Shown here one piece after another: positions 46,289 through 56,042 of a stretch of 64,000 nt of DNA. This DNA is from a bacterium (GTDB lineage: Bacteria > Elusimicrobiota > Elusimicrobia > UBA1565 > UBA9628), in NCBI GenBank assembly GCA_021810245.1, contig JAJZJF010000002.1, forward strand, positions 1,594-65,593, in the 5' to 3' direction. The number at the start of each line of letters is the position of its first letter. The stretch's first letter is position 1. Made by a program: the position numbers and the translations under genes. Under the pieces are notes generated by a model. It saw only the letters and a program-made list of their open reading frames with translations. It was not told where the DNA came from and made no database searches.

Positions 46289-47394
46289 TAATGAGCGGAA
46301 GAATCCTTGCCGACTGGAACTAGTTTTTCCTCTGTTTCTACCTTTCTTGGATAAGCGTTTTGAGCTTTTTTAGGCCCCTTGATCGTCGCGAAATCAATGA
46401 CCATTTCCATGAAGCGCGGCAGGCTTGAAAAACCTTCGACGACGGCCGAAGGCTCAAAACCGACATGAACCATGCAATTGGCGCACTTGGGATTTTTAGA
46501 GGCATGGCCGTATTGAGACCAGTCGGTCGTTTCCAGGAGTTCCTTATAAGTTTTCGCGTAACCGCCGTCGGCCATCAAGTAGCAGGGCTTCTGCCAGCCG
46601 AAAATATTGCGCAGGGGATTTCCCCATGGGGTGCAGTCATAATCGCGTTTGCCTTCCAAAAAGTCAAGATAGAACGGACTGTGATTAAAATCCCACCCCA
46701 TCTTTCTCCAGTCTTTAAGCGTCTCTTTAAACCAAGCCTTGGTCTGCTCGTTTTTAAGAAAGAGGCTCTGCTCCGGCGCTTTCTCATAGGCATATCCCGG
46801 AGAAATCATCATGCCGTCAACCCCAAGGGCCATGGTTTCATCAAAGAAGCGGCGAAACTCCTCAGAGGATTCTCCTTGGAAAATGGTCGAGTTGGTCATG
46901 ACGTTAAAGCCTTTTGACTTGGCCAATTTTATCGCGGAAACCGCGGTCTTATGGACCCCCTCGCGGCAAACCATCCGATCATGGGTTTTTTCAACCCCAT
47001 CTAAGTGGATGGAAAAAATAAGTTTAGGTGAAGGCTTGAAGCGGTGGAGATTTTTCTCCAGCAAAATAGCATTGGAGCAGAGATAAATATATTTCCCGCG
47101 GGCAATCAATCCCTCGACAATGGTGTCAATCTGCGGGTGAACCAAGGGCTCGCCGCCCGCGATAGAAACCACCGGAGCGCCGCACTCTTCAGCCGATTCC
47201 CAGCACTCCTCGGGACTTAAGCGTTTGCGCAAGATATCAGTCGGATACTGAATTTTGCCGCAACCGGCGCATTCCAGGTTGCAGGCAAATAAGGGCTCTA
47301 ACATCATGACGAGAGGATATTTTTTGTTGCCTTTAATCTTCTGCGCTAGGATGTGTTTAAGGACCGACAACTGCATCGACATGGGTGATGGCAT
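46288..47394 (-). CDS. hpnH: Adenosylhopane synthase, radical SAM (HpnH)
   Basis: CNLECAGCGK radical-SAM cluster near the N-terminus. Position directly after shc. Confidence 0.85.
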   Translation of the reverse strand: MPSPMSMQLSVLKHILAQKIKGNKKYPLVMMLEPLFACNLECAGCGKIQYPTDILRKRLSPEECWESAEECGAPVVSIAGGEPLVHPQIDTIVEGLIARGKYIYLCSNAILLEKNLHRFKPSPKLIFSIHLDGVEKTHDRMVCREGVHKTAVSAIKLAKSKGFNVMTNSTIFQGESSEEFRRFFDETMALGVDGMMISPGYAYEKAPEQSLFLKNEQTKAWFKETLKDWRKMGWDFNHSPFYLDFLEGKRDYDCTPWGNPLRNIFGWQKPCYLMADGGYAKTYKELLETTDWSQYGHASKNPKCANCMVHVGFEPSAVVEGFSSLPRFMEMVIDFATIKGPKKAQNAYPRKVETEEKLVPVGKDSSAH

Positions 47395-47408
47395 GGTATT
47401 ACCTCAAT

Positions 47409-49490
47409 TTATACGGGTTCAGCGACCGACGACATTTTTTTATTCGACGCGAAAATTCTCAAGTAATTTCCTAAAGCCTGAAGCGGAAAATATTGGCGGT
47501 ACATCGTGTATTCCAAATAATAAACCTTGGGAAACCCGGTACCCGTGCACTCATTTTCATCCCAGGTTCCATCAATTTTTTGAGTCCGAATCAGATAATC
47601 GACAGCGCGGCGGACAGACTCGCTTTCCCCCTCTCCCGCCGCCAGAAGGCCCATAAGTCCCCAGGCGGTTTGAGAAGGCGTCGAAGGTCCCTTCCCCTTA
47701 AGACTTGGATCATTATAAGTGTCGCAACGCTCGCCCCAGCCGCCGTCATCCATTTGAACTGATTTAAGCCAATCCACCGCTCGCCGGATATAGGGCTGAT
47801 TCATATCTTCCCCAATCGCGGCTAAACCTCTGAGCGCCTGCCAAGTTCCGTAAATATAATTGACTCCCCAACGCCCAAACCAAGAACCGTCTTTTTCCTG
47901 CTCCTGACGCAAGAAATCAACCGCCTTTTTGATTCGAGGGTAACTGAGATCATAGCCGACATAGCCCATGAATTCCAAAACCCGGGCCGTGACATCCGCC
48001 GTCGGCGGGTCAATCATCGCATTATGGTCGGCAAAAGGAATTTTAGTCAAAATCGCCCTCGTATTGTCCTTGTCGAAAGCCGCCCAGCCGCCAGAGCGGG
48101 ACTGCATGCCCCAAAGCCAGTTGATGCCGCGTAAACATGAGCGCTCCCTAGCTTTTCCCAAAGATTCATCCATCTCGACATGCCGAAGGGCCAGCATTAC
48201 CATCGCAGTGTCGTCAATATCGGGATAGTAAGTATTGTTAAACTCAAAATACCAACCGCCAATCGGAGCTAAGGGGTTGGTCGCCCGCCAATCTCCCGCA
48301 ACACGTATTTCTTTTGAAATCAGCCAGTGAGCGCCGGCAATGAGATCCGGATGATTTCTCTCCAGGCCCGATTCCGCCAGAGCGATAATCGAAATTGCCG
48401 TGTCCCAAATAGGGGAATGGCAAGGCTGATACTGGAGCGTCTCGCCCTCATCAAGCTCTAAATTTTCTAGAACTTTTATTTGTTGAACAAAACGCGGGTC
48501 GGTCTCCGGGCAGCCTAGACACTTCATCGCCATAATCGTATTAATGATTCCAGGGTAAATCGCCCCCAACCCATCGGAACCTTCCAAACGCTGAAGAATC
48601 CAATCCTCGGCCAGGCGCAACGCCCATTGGCGAATCCAATGGCCCCCGTGACCCTCTAATTTTTTCAAGCCTTGATCCCACAGCAAAAAGAAATTAGTCC
48701 ATGAAAAAAATCCGTGAGGCGGCATTGTGTCTTTAAGCGGCACGTATCGCCGGGAATCCGGAAACAGCTCGTCTAAAACGGCGTTGGGCGGGCATGAAAT
48801 TTTGGGAGGCTTGGCCCAAACAATGGACAGCGGAATAACGATAGCCCGCGTCCAGGAGCTCATCGCATAAATACTGAAATAAAACCATCTTGGAAATAGC
48901 ATCAACTCCGGCAAAATCGTGGGGACGCCATTCCAATCATACTGGCCGAAAATAGCCATGTAAAATTTTGTGTAGGTGTTGACCTTGTGAACGCCGCCCA
49001 GCTCTTGAATCCTTCTGCGAGCGGCTTGCATTCTCGCGTCTTGAGGAGAATAGCCGGCGAATTTTAAAGCCCAATACGCCTTGAGCGTGGCGGAGACATC
49101 CGACGGCCCATTTTTATAAATCGGCCAGCCGCCGTCTGGCAACTGTTCGCGCAGAATATGGGCGGCCATTTTTTGGACCTTAGGATCCTGGCCCCGCCCC
49201 AAAAAATTAAACAGCATGACGGAATCAGACACGATGGTCGTGTCTGACTTAAGGGGCCCACACCAAAAACCCTCTTTCCGGTTTTGCATTCTCAACAAGG
49301 CTTCCTGGGCTTTGAGAATGGTATTTTTCAACAGATATGGAACGTGCTCGTGATCGGAGAGCGCGGAGTTTGGGCGCAAATTATCAGCCCAATCCTTAGG
49401 CTTGTGATAATAGCGCTCTGGAAACGGCATCCACTTCGAAACAAGATCCCCAATCATCCCGCATCTCCCAAACAAAAAGGCCGCCTGCAA
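47409..49490 (-). CDS. shc: Squalene-hopene cyclase
   Basis: DIDDTA catalytic motif and several QW repeats (QEKDGSWFGRWG, QMDDGGWGE, QKIDGTWDE). The exact start is uncertain; ATG at codon 12 is an alternative. Confidence 0.95.
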   Translation of the reverse strand: MQAAFLFGRCGMIGDLVSKWMPFPERYYHKPKDWADNLRPNSALSDHEHVPYLLKNTILKAQEALLRMQNRKEGFWCGPLKSDTTIVSDSVMLFNFLGRGQDPKVQKMAAHILREQLPDGGWPIYKNGPSDVSATLKAYWALKFAGYSPQDARMQAARRRIQELGGVHKVNTYTKFYMAIFGQYDWNGVPTILPELMLFPRWFYFSIYAMSSWTRAIVIPLSIVWAKPPKISCPPNAVLDELFPDSRRYVPLKDTMPPHGFFSWTNFFLLWDQGLKKLEGHGGHWIRQWALRLAEDWILQRLEGSDGLGAIYPGIINTIMAMKCLGCPETDPRFVQQIKVLENLELDEGETLQYQPCHSPIWDTAISIIALAESGLERNHPDLIAGAHWLISKEIRVAGDWRATNPLAPIGGWYFEFNNTYYPDIDDTAMVMLALRHVEMDESLGKARERSCLRGINWLWGMQSRSGGWAAFDKDNTRAILTKIPFADHNAMIDPPTADVTARVLEFMGYVGYDLSYPRIKKAVDFLRQEQEKDGSWFGRWGVNYIYGTWQALRGLAAIGEDMNQPYIRRAVDWLKSVQMDDGGWGERCDTYNDPSLKGKGPSTPSQTAWGLMGLLAAGEGESESVRRAVDYLIRTQKIDGTWDENECTGTGFPKVYYLEYTMYRQYFPLQALGNYLRIFASNKKMSSVAEPV

Positions 49491-49586
49491 AAGCGGAAGG
49501 AGATTTGAGGTTTCCGACTAAAGACGACGGGCTTGCGCTCAATCATATAATAATTTATTATTATACCTTAAAATAGGCTAAACTCT

Positions 49587-50213
49587 ATGGGTTTTCATAT
49601 CACGATCAAAGAAGTCTTAATCTCGGGTGGGGCGCCGCTGGCCTTTCTCATCCTATTGTCGGTTTACTCTCTGGCCCTGGTTTGGGAGCGCTGGCAGTTC
49701 TTTAAAAATTCTTTTTCCGGCATGGATACTTTCTTAAATAAAATTAGGAAAAACATAGAAGAAGAAAATCTTTCCCAAGCCCTGACGATTAGCAAAAGCT
49801 ACAAAGGACTTGCCTCTTCCGTCGTAACGGCGAGTTTAGTCGGCTCTTCCAACCGGCAGGAAAGAAAACGCCAAGCCGATCGCGCCGCCTCAAGAGCGGC
49901 GGCTCTTCTTGAAAAAAGGCTCAATTTTCTCGCCACCATCGCCTCCACCGCTCCTTTTATCGGACTTTTTGGAACCGTGGTCGGGGTTATTCGAGCCTTC
50001 CAAGATTTAGCCGGAGCCGCAGGAGCGGGGCCGGGAATTGTCGCTGTCGGAATATCGGAAGCTCTGGTCTGCACCGCCACGGGGCTTTTAGTGGCCATTC
50101 CCGCCGTCTGGGCCTACAACTATTTCACCAACAAGACCGGACAATTTTTAGATGAAATGAACTGGATATCGGAAGAAATCATTGAGCACTTGTCCGGAAA
50201 AGCCTCTTCATGA
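49587..50213 (+). CDS. exbB: MotA/TolQ/ExbB proton-channel protein
   Basis: Three TM helices and the conserved LATIASTAPFIGLFGTVVGVI segment. Confidence 0.85.
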   Translation: MGFHITIKEVLISGGAPLAFLILLSVYSLALVWERWQFFKNSFSGMDTFLNKIRKNIEEENLSQALTISKSYKGLASSVVTASLVGSSNRQERKRQADRAASRAAALLEKRLNFLATIASTAPFIGLFGTVVGVIRAFQDLAGAAGAGPGIVAVGISEALVCTATGLLVAIPAVWAYNYFTNKTGQFLDEMNWISEEIIEHLSGKASS

Positions 50214-50623
50214 GCGCCCCCCGAAAAAATCGTCGCGCGCTGTTTGCGGAGCCCAACATGATTCCGCTCATTGATGTATCCTTAATTTTAGTCATTATCT
50301 TCATGGTCTTAACCCCGATGCTAGTTCGCTCGGAATTGAGCGTTAAGCTTCCCAAATCAAAATCGTCTGTTCCCGTTTCCAACTCAAACGCGCTCACCGT
50401 CCAAATCACCTCCTCGGGCGCCCTGTTAATTGACGGAAACGCCGTCTCTTGGAGCAATCTCAAGAACGAATTGATTCTCAAATTGCCCCATGCCGCCCGG
50501 AAAACGATTTTAGTCGAGGCCGATCATTCGGTCCCGATAGAAAAAGTGGTCTATGTCATGGACGTCGCCAAACGCCTTGGAGTTGGCAAACTAGGCGTCG
50601 GAGTCGCGCAGACGCCCCGCTAA
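50210..50623 (+). CDS. exbD: ExbD/TolR biopolymer transport protein
   Basis: EPNMIPLIDVSLILVIIFMV TM with the conserved Asp. 4-nt overlap with exbB. Confidence 0.85.
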   Translation: MSAPRKNRRALFAEPNMIPLIDVSLILVIIFMVLTPMLVRSELSVKLPKSKSSVPVSNSNALTVQITSSGALLIDGNAVSWSNLKNELILKLPHAARKTILVEADHSVPIEKVVYVMDVAKRLGVGKLGVGVAQTPR

Positions 50624-50651
50624 TAACGGAGAGATTCTCATTTCTAATCAA

Positions 50652-51332
50652 TTGCGGCTTTGGAGTTCTGATCTCTCGCCTTATATTGTTGGCTCTTTTC
50701 TGGCGCACTCGCTTCTTGCGCTCGCTTTTATCCTAATTGCCGGGAGATATTCCTCCCAAACGCCTCATTTTTACACTATTGATTTCGTCGGCCCTAGCGC
50801 GGTCAAAATCCAGGGCACCCAGGCGCCATCCCAAAATTCTTCCGTCAAAAGCGCTACGGCCTCAGCCAATCAAAACAAAGAGGTTTCGCTCTCCCCCAAA
50901 ACCCGGCATTTTGTCTTACCCAAACCCAGCCTTCTTTCTTCCGGCTCAGAGTCTATCAACCGGACAAAACCCCACGTTAAATCTAACGTGGTTTCGGTCA
51001 AACAAAACGGCGCAGCGGGACCCGCGGCCAGCGCCAACATCTCGGCAGACTTGCCAAACTTCCCCTACCCTTGGTATATTAGCGAATTGCGCGCCGCGCT
51101 CTGGGATCAGTGGTCGAAAAATCTCCCGTCGTTTTCCGGGAAATGCGAGGTTGTTTTTGAAATTATGCCAGACGGAAGAATCGTGGATCTAAAAACGGAG
51201 TCAAGCTCCGGCGACTCGGATTTTGACTTGACAGCCCTCTCCTCTGTCCAAGACGCTTCGCCTTTTCCGCCGCTGCCGCAAGATTTCCATCAGCACTTTT
51301 TAAAAATTCATTTGACGCTCACGTCCAATTAA
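50652..51332 (+). CDS. TonB-family energy transducer (TonB_C domain)
   Basis: N-terminal TM, S/P-rich linker and a C-terminal YPWYISELR...CEVVFEIMPDGRIVDLKTESSSGDSDFD...PFPPLP domain. TTG start is uncertain. Confidence 0.65.
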   Translation: MRLWSSDLSPYIVGSFLAHSLLALAFILIAGRYSSQTPHFYTIDFVGPSAVKIQGTQAPSQNSSVKSATASANQNKEVSLSPKTRHFVLPKPSLLSSGSESINRTKPHVKSNVVSVKQNGAAGPAASANISADLPNFPYPWYISELRAALWDQWSKNLPSFSGKCEVVFEIMPDGRIVDLKTESSSGDSDFDLTALSSVQDASPFPPLPQDFHQHFLKIHLTLTSN

Positions 51333-51337
51333 AAACT

Positions 51338-51733
51338 ATGCTAACCCTTCTACGCCTGATTATCTACGCCGTCGCGGGATACTTATTTTTCCTGTTCCAC
51401 TTTCCCCAATGGCACGCCCATGGGTATCATCTGGCCCAGTTTTCGTTAATTCTGCTTTCGGCCATCGCGGTCTTTATCGCCATCAAGCTCATTGATATCG
51501 GCTCCAAAGTCGTTAAGCTCGCCGTCGAGGCCGGATTCGCGGTCCTTGTCTTTCTGTATCTTGGAGCCTCGCTTCCAAAAATTCCGCAGGGCAATCCAGA
51601 GCAAGAGGCTCACAGCTGGCTCAAAGACCACGCGCCCACCCGCAAGGACGTCTCGGATTATCTCGACAAGGCGGGAATCAAGCCGGATTCTTCCGCCGGA
51701 AAAGAGATTCTCTCTCACTGGCCGGAAAATTAA
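51338..51733 (+). CDS. Hypothetical membrane protein
   Basis: Three predicted TM helices. No family recognised. Confidence 0.4.
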   Translation: MLTLLRLIIYAVAGYLFFLFHFPQWHAHGYHLAQFSLILLSAIAVFIAIKLIDIGSKVVKLAVEAGFAVLVFLYLGASLPKIPQGNPEQEAHSWLKDHAPTRKDVSDYLDKAGIKPDSSAGKEILSHWPEN

Positions 51734-51746
51734 AGCTTTTATTTAT

Positions 51747-52013
51747 TTACCGCCACCACATCCAAACGCCCATGGCGATACAAAGAACGGCGGCCGTTCT
51801 CCTTAAAACAAGCTCGGGGAGATAACGCCCGGCGATATCGGCGAAAACCACCGCTAAAAGAAGCGCCAAGGCTAATCCCGCCAAGGCTCCGACAAAAACC
51901 GACCAGGGCTTATGCGTTGACGCCGCCAAGGCCAAGGCGGCAAACTGAGTTCTGTCTCCCATCTCGGCCAGAAACAGGGTAAAAAAGGCGCTGAGCATCA
52001 GCTTTGTATCCAT
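51747..52013 (-). CDS. UPF0016/GDT1(TMEM165)-family half-size membrane protein
   Basis: 88 aa from ATG 52013, in a TAATG overlap with the upstream permease stop. Carries one copy of the signature E-x-G-D-[KR]-[TS] (LAEMGDRTQ). Confidence 0.7.
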   Translation of the reverse strand: MDTKLMLSAFFTLFLAEMGDRTQFAALALAASTHKPWSVFVGALAGLALALLLAVVFADIAGRYLPELVLRRTAAVLCIAMGVWMWWR

Positions 52014-53668
52014 TATTTCCACAGCCCCAGCCAAACGCTCCCGCCAGTCACAAGAGCCGTAATCAGCGAAGCCGCGACCCCGGTCAGCCAAAATGATTTT
52101 CTCTCGGACATTCCGTTTCGGCTCAGATTTTCCCGCCACACCACCATCGCGAAATAAAAGGCAAGACCAATTAAAAGCCAGACAAAAAAACGGACCCAGG
52201 TCACCTTAGGCAAATAAACCATCAGCAAAAAACACGAGATGATTCCGGCGGGCGCCGTCAGCCAAACTAAAGGCGCGCGAAAATCCCGCGGGCGCTCGGG
52301 GTCAGTCACGCGCAAAATCAAAACCCCGCCGCAGACCAAGATAAAGGCAAAAAGGGTCCCGATATTGGTCAAGTCCACGATTTCATCAATCGGGAAAAAG
52401 GCGGCGCAAACCGCGACGGCTACGCCCGTCAGCACGGTCGTGACGACCGGCGTCTTGTATTTGGGATGAATCTTCGCGCACCACGACGGCAAGAGACCAT
52501 CCCGCGACATTGAGAAGAAAATTCTCGGCTGACCGATCTGATAGACCAAAAGAGCCGCTGTATTGGCGACTACCGATCCCACCGAAACCAAAAAAGCGCA
52601 AAAAGGAATCCACAGCCCGCCTGAACCCGCCGCATGCCGCTCGATGGCCGAGGCCAAGGGCTCGGCGTTGTTTAAGCTCGCGTAGGGCGCCATGCCGGTC
52701 AAGGCCGCGGCGACGACGATATAGATGACGGTGCAGGCGATTAAAGATCCGATGATGCCGATGGGAATATCGCGTTTGGGATTTTTGCTTTCTTCTGACG
52801 CTGTTGAAACCGCGTCAAAGCCGATATAGGCAAAAAAGACAATTGCCGCACCGGAAAAAATTCCGCCCCAGCCGTTTGGCGCAAAGCCCTTCCAGGCCGA
52901 AACTGATCCCGCCGGAATCCAATGGTCCATTTTAAAAAGGCTCACTCCCACGGCGGTAAAAAACAAAAGAATCACGAGTTTAATGAGGACCATGATCACG
53001 TTAAAGCGGCTAGATTCCTTAATGCCGATGACCGTAATCCAGGTAATGCCCGCCATGATGAGAACCGCGAACAAATTAAAGACGATCGGAATCCCGAACA
53101 GATGCGGAGCCGCCGCGAAGACCGCCTCTGGAGTTCCCCGCGGGCACATGCTCAGCCAAACCGGCACTCCCCAATTCCAGCCGGGGCGGCCCAAAGATGC
53201 GCCGATTAAAAGCCCGGCGTTATGGACCATCTCGTTAAAATAGCCCGCCCAGGAAATGGCGACGGCCACGTTTGAGGCGGCATATTCCAAAAGGAGATCC
53301 CAGCCGATAATCCACGCAAGCAGTTCCCCCATCGTCGCGTAGGCGTAGGTATAGGCCGATCCGGAAATGGGAATCATCGAGGCCATTTCGGCATAACAGA
53401 TGGCGGCAAAGCCGCAGACAACGGCGGTCACGACAAAGGAAAGAATAATCGCGGGCCCCGCGCCCAAGCGCACGATATGCCCAGCGGCGTCGGTTTGACC
53501 GGCGGCGGCCGTTCCTATCGTAGAAAAAATTCCCGCGCCGATAACGGCTCCGATTCCGAGGAAGATGAGATCCATAGGCCCCAGGGAACGCGAAAGACCG
53601 TGTGGGTCCTCCGCTTCGGCCGACAGCTCACTAAGCCCTTTTCGCTTCCAAAGCCGGGACAAATCCAT
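52013..53668 (-). CDS. APC-superfamily amino acid permease
   Basis: About 12 TM helices. N-terminal IFLGIGAVIGAGIFSTIG and GSAYTYAYATMGELLAWIIGW motifs. Confidence 0.85.
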   Translation of the reverse strand: MDLSRLWKRKGLSELSAEAEDPHGLSRSLGPMDLIFLGIGAVIGAGIFSTIGTAAAGQTDAAGHIVRLGAGPAIILSFVVTAVVCGFAAICYAEMASMIPISGSAYTYAYATMGELLAWIIGWDLLLEYAASNVAVAISWAGYFNEMVHNAGLLIGASLGRPGWNWGVPVWLSMCPRGTPEAVFAAAPHLFGIPIVFNLFAVLIMAGITWITVIGIKESSRFNVIMVLIKLVILLFFTAVGVSLFKMDHWIPAGSVSAWKGFAPNGWGGIFSGAAIVFFAYIGFDAVSTASEESKNPKRDIPIGIIGSLIACTVIYIVVAAALTGMAPYASLNNAEPLASAIERHAAGSGGLWIPFCAFLVSVGSVVANTAALLVYQIGQPRIFFSMSRDGLLPSWCAKIHPKYKTPVVTTVLTGVAVAVCAAFFPIDEIVDLTNIGTLFAFILVCGGVLILRVTDPERPRDFRAPLVWLTAPAGIISCFLLMVYLPKVTWVRFFVWLLIGLAFYFAMVVWRENLSRNGMSERKSFWLTGVAASLITALVTGGSVWLGLWK

Positions 53669-53676
53669 CAGTAAGG

Positions 53677-55194
53677 TTACGCGGGATCCTGACGCACGGC
53701 AATGCGGCGCCTTTCCTCGGCCAGGACGCTATTGTGGCGGCTGTAGAAGAAATAAATCACCAGACCAATCAAAAGCCAAATAATCAGCCGCCACCAATTC
53801 TCCGCCGGGAGAGAAAACATCAAAAGAAGGCAAGTCGCGATTCCTAAAATAGGAACTGTCGGAACCATCGGGCAAACAAATGGGCGCGCCGCGTGGGGAT
53901 GGGTTTTTCGCATGATCAAGACGGCGGCGCAGACGATGACAAAAGCGAGCAATGTCCCGATATTGACGAGTTCGGCCAAAATGCGAAGCGGAATCAAGGC
54001 CGACATGACCGCGACAACGATGCCGGTGAGTATCGTCGCTTTGTAGGGAGTCTGGAATCGGTCGTGGATGGCCGCGAAAAATTTTCTCGGCAAAAGGCCG
54101 TCGCGAGCCATCGCCAAAAATACCCGCGGCTGGCTGAGCATCATGACCAGCAAAACGGAGGTAATTCCAGCCAAAGCGCCCAAGGAAATAATTCCCTGGG
54201 CCCAAGGAAGCCCGACTTGTTTAAAGGCTTCTGAAATCGGAGCATCGATATTGATTTGTTTATAGGGAATCATGCCGGTCAAGACCGCTGTCACCGCTAT
54301 GTAAAGGAAGGTGCAGACAATCAAGGAGGTGATAATTCCAAAGGGCACGCTTGTCTGGGGCTCAATGGCCTCTTCCGCCTGGGTTGAGACCGCGTCAAAG
54401 CCGATATAGGCGAAAAAAATCATCGCCGCGCCCGCAAAAACCCCCAACGGCTCGCCCGCGGGTCCGGTTTGCCCCCAAATAGTCTTTCCAAAAAAGCTAA
54501 TCCCGGTATATCCATATGGAGCGAAGGGGATCCAGTTCCTTGGATGGATGTAAAACGCGCCGACAACGATCACGAATAAAACCACCGCTAATTTAACGAA
54601 CACCATCGCGGCGTTAAAAGAAGCGCTTTCTTGAACCCCCACGATCAAAATTCCCATGACAATAAAGGTGATGACGATGGCCGGAAAATCACAAACCGTT
54701 CCGGTGGCGAGGAGTTTCCCCAAAACGGGGCTGTAATCGAAAGGAGCGTTGGTTAAAATATGCGGAATCGAAATCCCAAAGATGCCGATAAAATCTTGAA
54801 AATAATGAGACCACCCATGCGCGATGGCGGCAGAAGCGACGGTGTATTCCAAGATTAAATCCCAGCCGATAATCCAAGCAAAAAGTTCCCCCAAGGTCGC
54901 GTAAGCGTAGGTGTAGGCCGAACCCGCAACGGGGACCATCGCCGCGAACTCCGCGTAGCACAGGGCGGCGAAAATACAGGCAACTCCGGCAAGGACAAAA
55001 GATAAAATCAAGGCGGGGCCGGCTTTATCATGGGCGGCCACTCCCGTCAAAACAAAAATCCCCGTGCCAATAATTCCGCCGATTCCCAATCCCGCCAACT
55101 GCCAGCGGCCCAACACGCGGTTTAAGCGCTTGCCGGTTTTCATTTCCTCCATGATCAAAGACAGAGGCTTAGCCGCGAAGAGATTTTTAAACAT
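53677..55194 (-). CDS. APC-superfamily amino acid permease (paralogue of the downstream gene)
   Basis: GIGGIIGTGIFVLTG and GSAYTYAYATLGELFAWIIGW, highly similar to the neighbouring permease. Confidence 0.85.
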   Translation of the reverse strand: MFKNLFAAKPLSLIMEEMKTGKRLNRVLGRWQLAGLGIGGIIGTGIFVLTGVAAHDKAGPALILSFVLAGVACIFAALCYAEFAAMVPVAGSAYTYAYATLGELFAWIIGWDLILEYTVASAAIAHGWSHYFQDFIGIFGISIPHILTNAPFDYSPVLGKLLATGTVCDFPAIVITFIVMGILIVGVQESASFNAAMVFVKLAVVLFVIVVGAFYIHPRNWIPFAPYGYTGISFFGKTIWGQTGPAGEPLGVFAGAAMIFFAYIGFDAVSTQAEEAIEPQTSVPFGIITSLIVCTFLYIAVTAVLTGMIPYKQINIDAPISEAFKQVGLPWAQGIISLGALAGITSVLLVMMLSQPRVFLAMARDGLLPRKFFAAIHDRFQTPYKATILTGIVVAVMSALIPLRILAELVNIGTLLAFVIVCAAVLIMRKTHPHAARPFVCPMVPTVPILGIATCLLLMFSLPAENWWRLIIWLLIGLVIYFFYSRHNSVLAEERRRIAVRQDPA

Positions 55195-55286
55195 AGAGTG
55201 ATTATACCTAATCTCCAGGCCGCGATGTGCTAAAATGGAGCAAGAAAGGCGTTGCCATAGCGCGCTAAAATCATTTTGGAGGATTT

Positions 55287-56042
55287 ATGGGTGGACACTC
55301 GCATTGGGCCGGAATCAAGCATAAAAAAGCCATTATTGACGCAAAGCGCGGCAAGGTTTGGACCAAAATCAGCCGCGAAATCACGATTGCCGCGAAAATG
55401 GGTGGAGGAGACCCCGCCGGAAATCCTAGGCTGCGTAAGGCAATTGACGATGGACGCGCGGCCAATATGCCTTTAGATACCATCAAGCGCGCCATTCAAA
55501 AAGGGACCGGCGAAATTCCCGGCGCGGTTTATGAAGAATTGACCTACGAGGGATATGGCCCCGGCGGCATCGCGATATTAGTCGAAGTCACGACCGACAA
55601 CCGCAATCGCACTGGTTCGGAAATCGCCACCATCTTCACCAAAAACGGCGGAAACAAGGGCGAGGCGGGCTGTGTTGCCTGGATGTTTAAACCCCAAGGT
55701 CTTATCCGCGTCAAAAAAGCCTCTGTCAAGGATGAAGACGCTTTTATGTCCCAGGCCCTTGACGCGGGCGCCGAGGATATCGCGACCGATGATTCCGAAT
55801 TTTTTGAAGTGATTACAACGCCTCTCAATACCGATAAAGCGAAAGAGGCCTTGGTCAAGGCGGGATATGAAGTCGAATCGGCCTCTTCCATTATGAAGCC
55901 GGACAACACTATCACCTTGGATGAGGCGACAGCCGCAAAAGTTTTGGCTCTCGTGGACGCTTTAGAAGAACACGATGACGTGAAAAATGTCCACGCTAAT
56001 TTTGACATCCCAGATGAGATACTCGCCAAGCTCGAAGCCTAA
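55287..56042 (+). CDS. yebC: YebC/PmpR-family DNA-binding regulator
   Basis: Hallmark N-terminus MGGHSHWAGIKHKKA. RBS GGAGG. Confidence 0.95.
   Translation: MGGHSHWAGIKHKKAIIDAKRGKVWTKISREITIAAKMGGGDPAGNPRLRKAIDDGRAANMPLDTIKRAIQKGTGEIPGAVYEELTYEGYGPGGIAILVEVTTDNRNRTGSEIATIFTKNGGNKGEAGCVAWMFKPQGLIRVKKASVKDEDAFMSQALDAGAEDIATDDSEFFEVITTPLNTDKAKEALVKAGYEVESASSIMKPDNTITLDEATAAKVLALVDALEEHDDVKNVHANFDIPDEILAKLEA

Noticed and set aside
50737-51192. 151-aa alternative-frame ORF inside the TonB-like gene, the 161-aa ORF antisense to yebC (55544-56029) and the 152-aa ORF inside AsmA (33609-34067)
   Set aside because: All overlap better-supported genes and give low-complexity translations without motifs.
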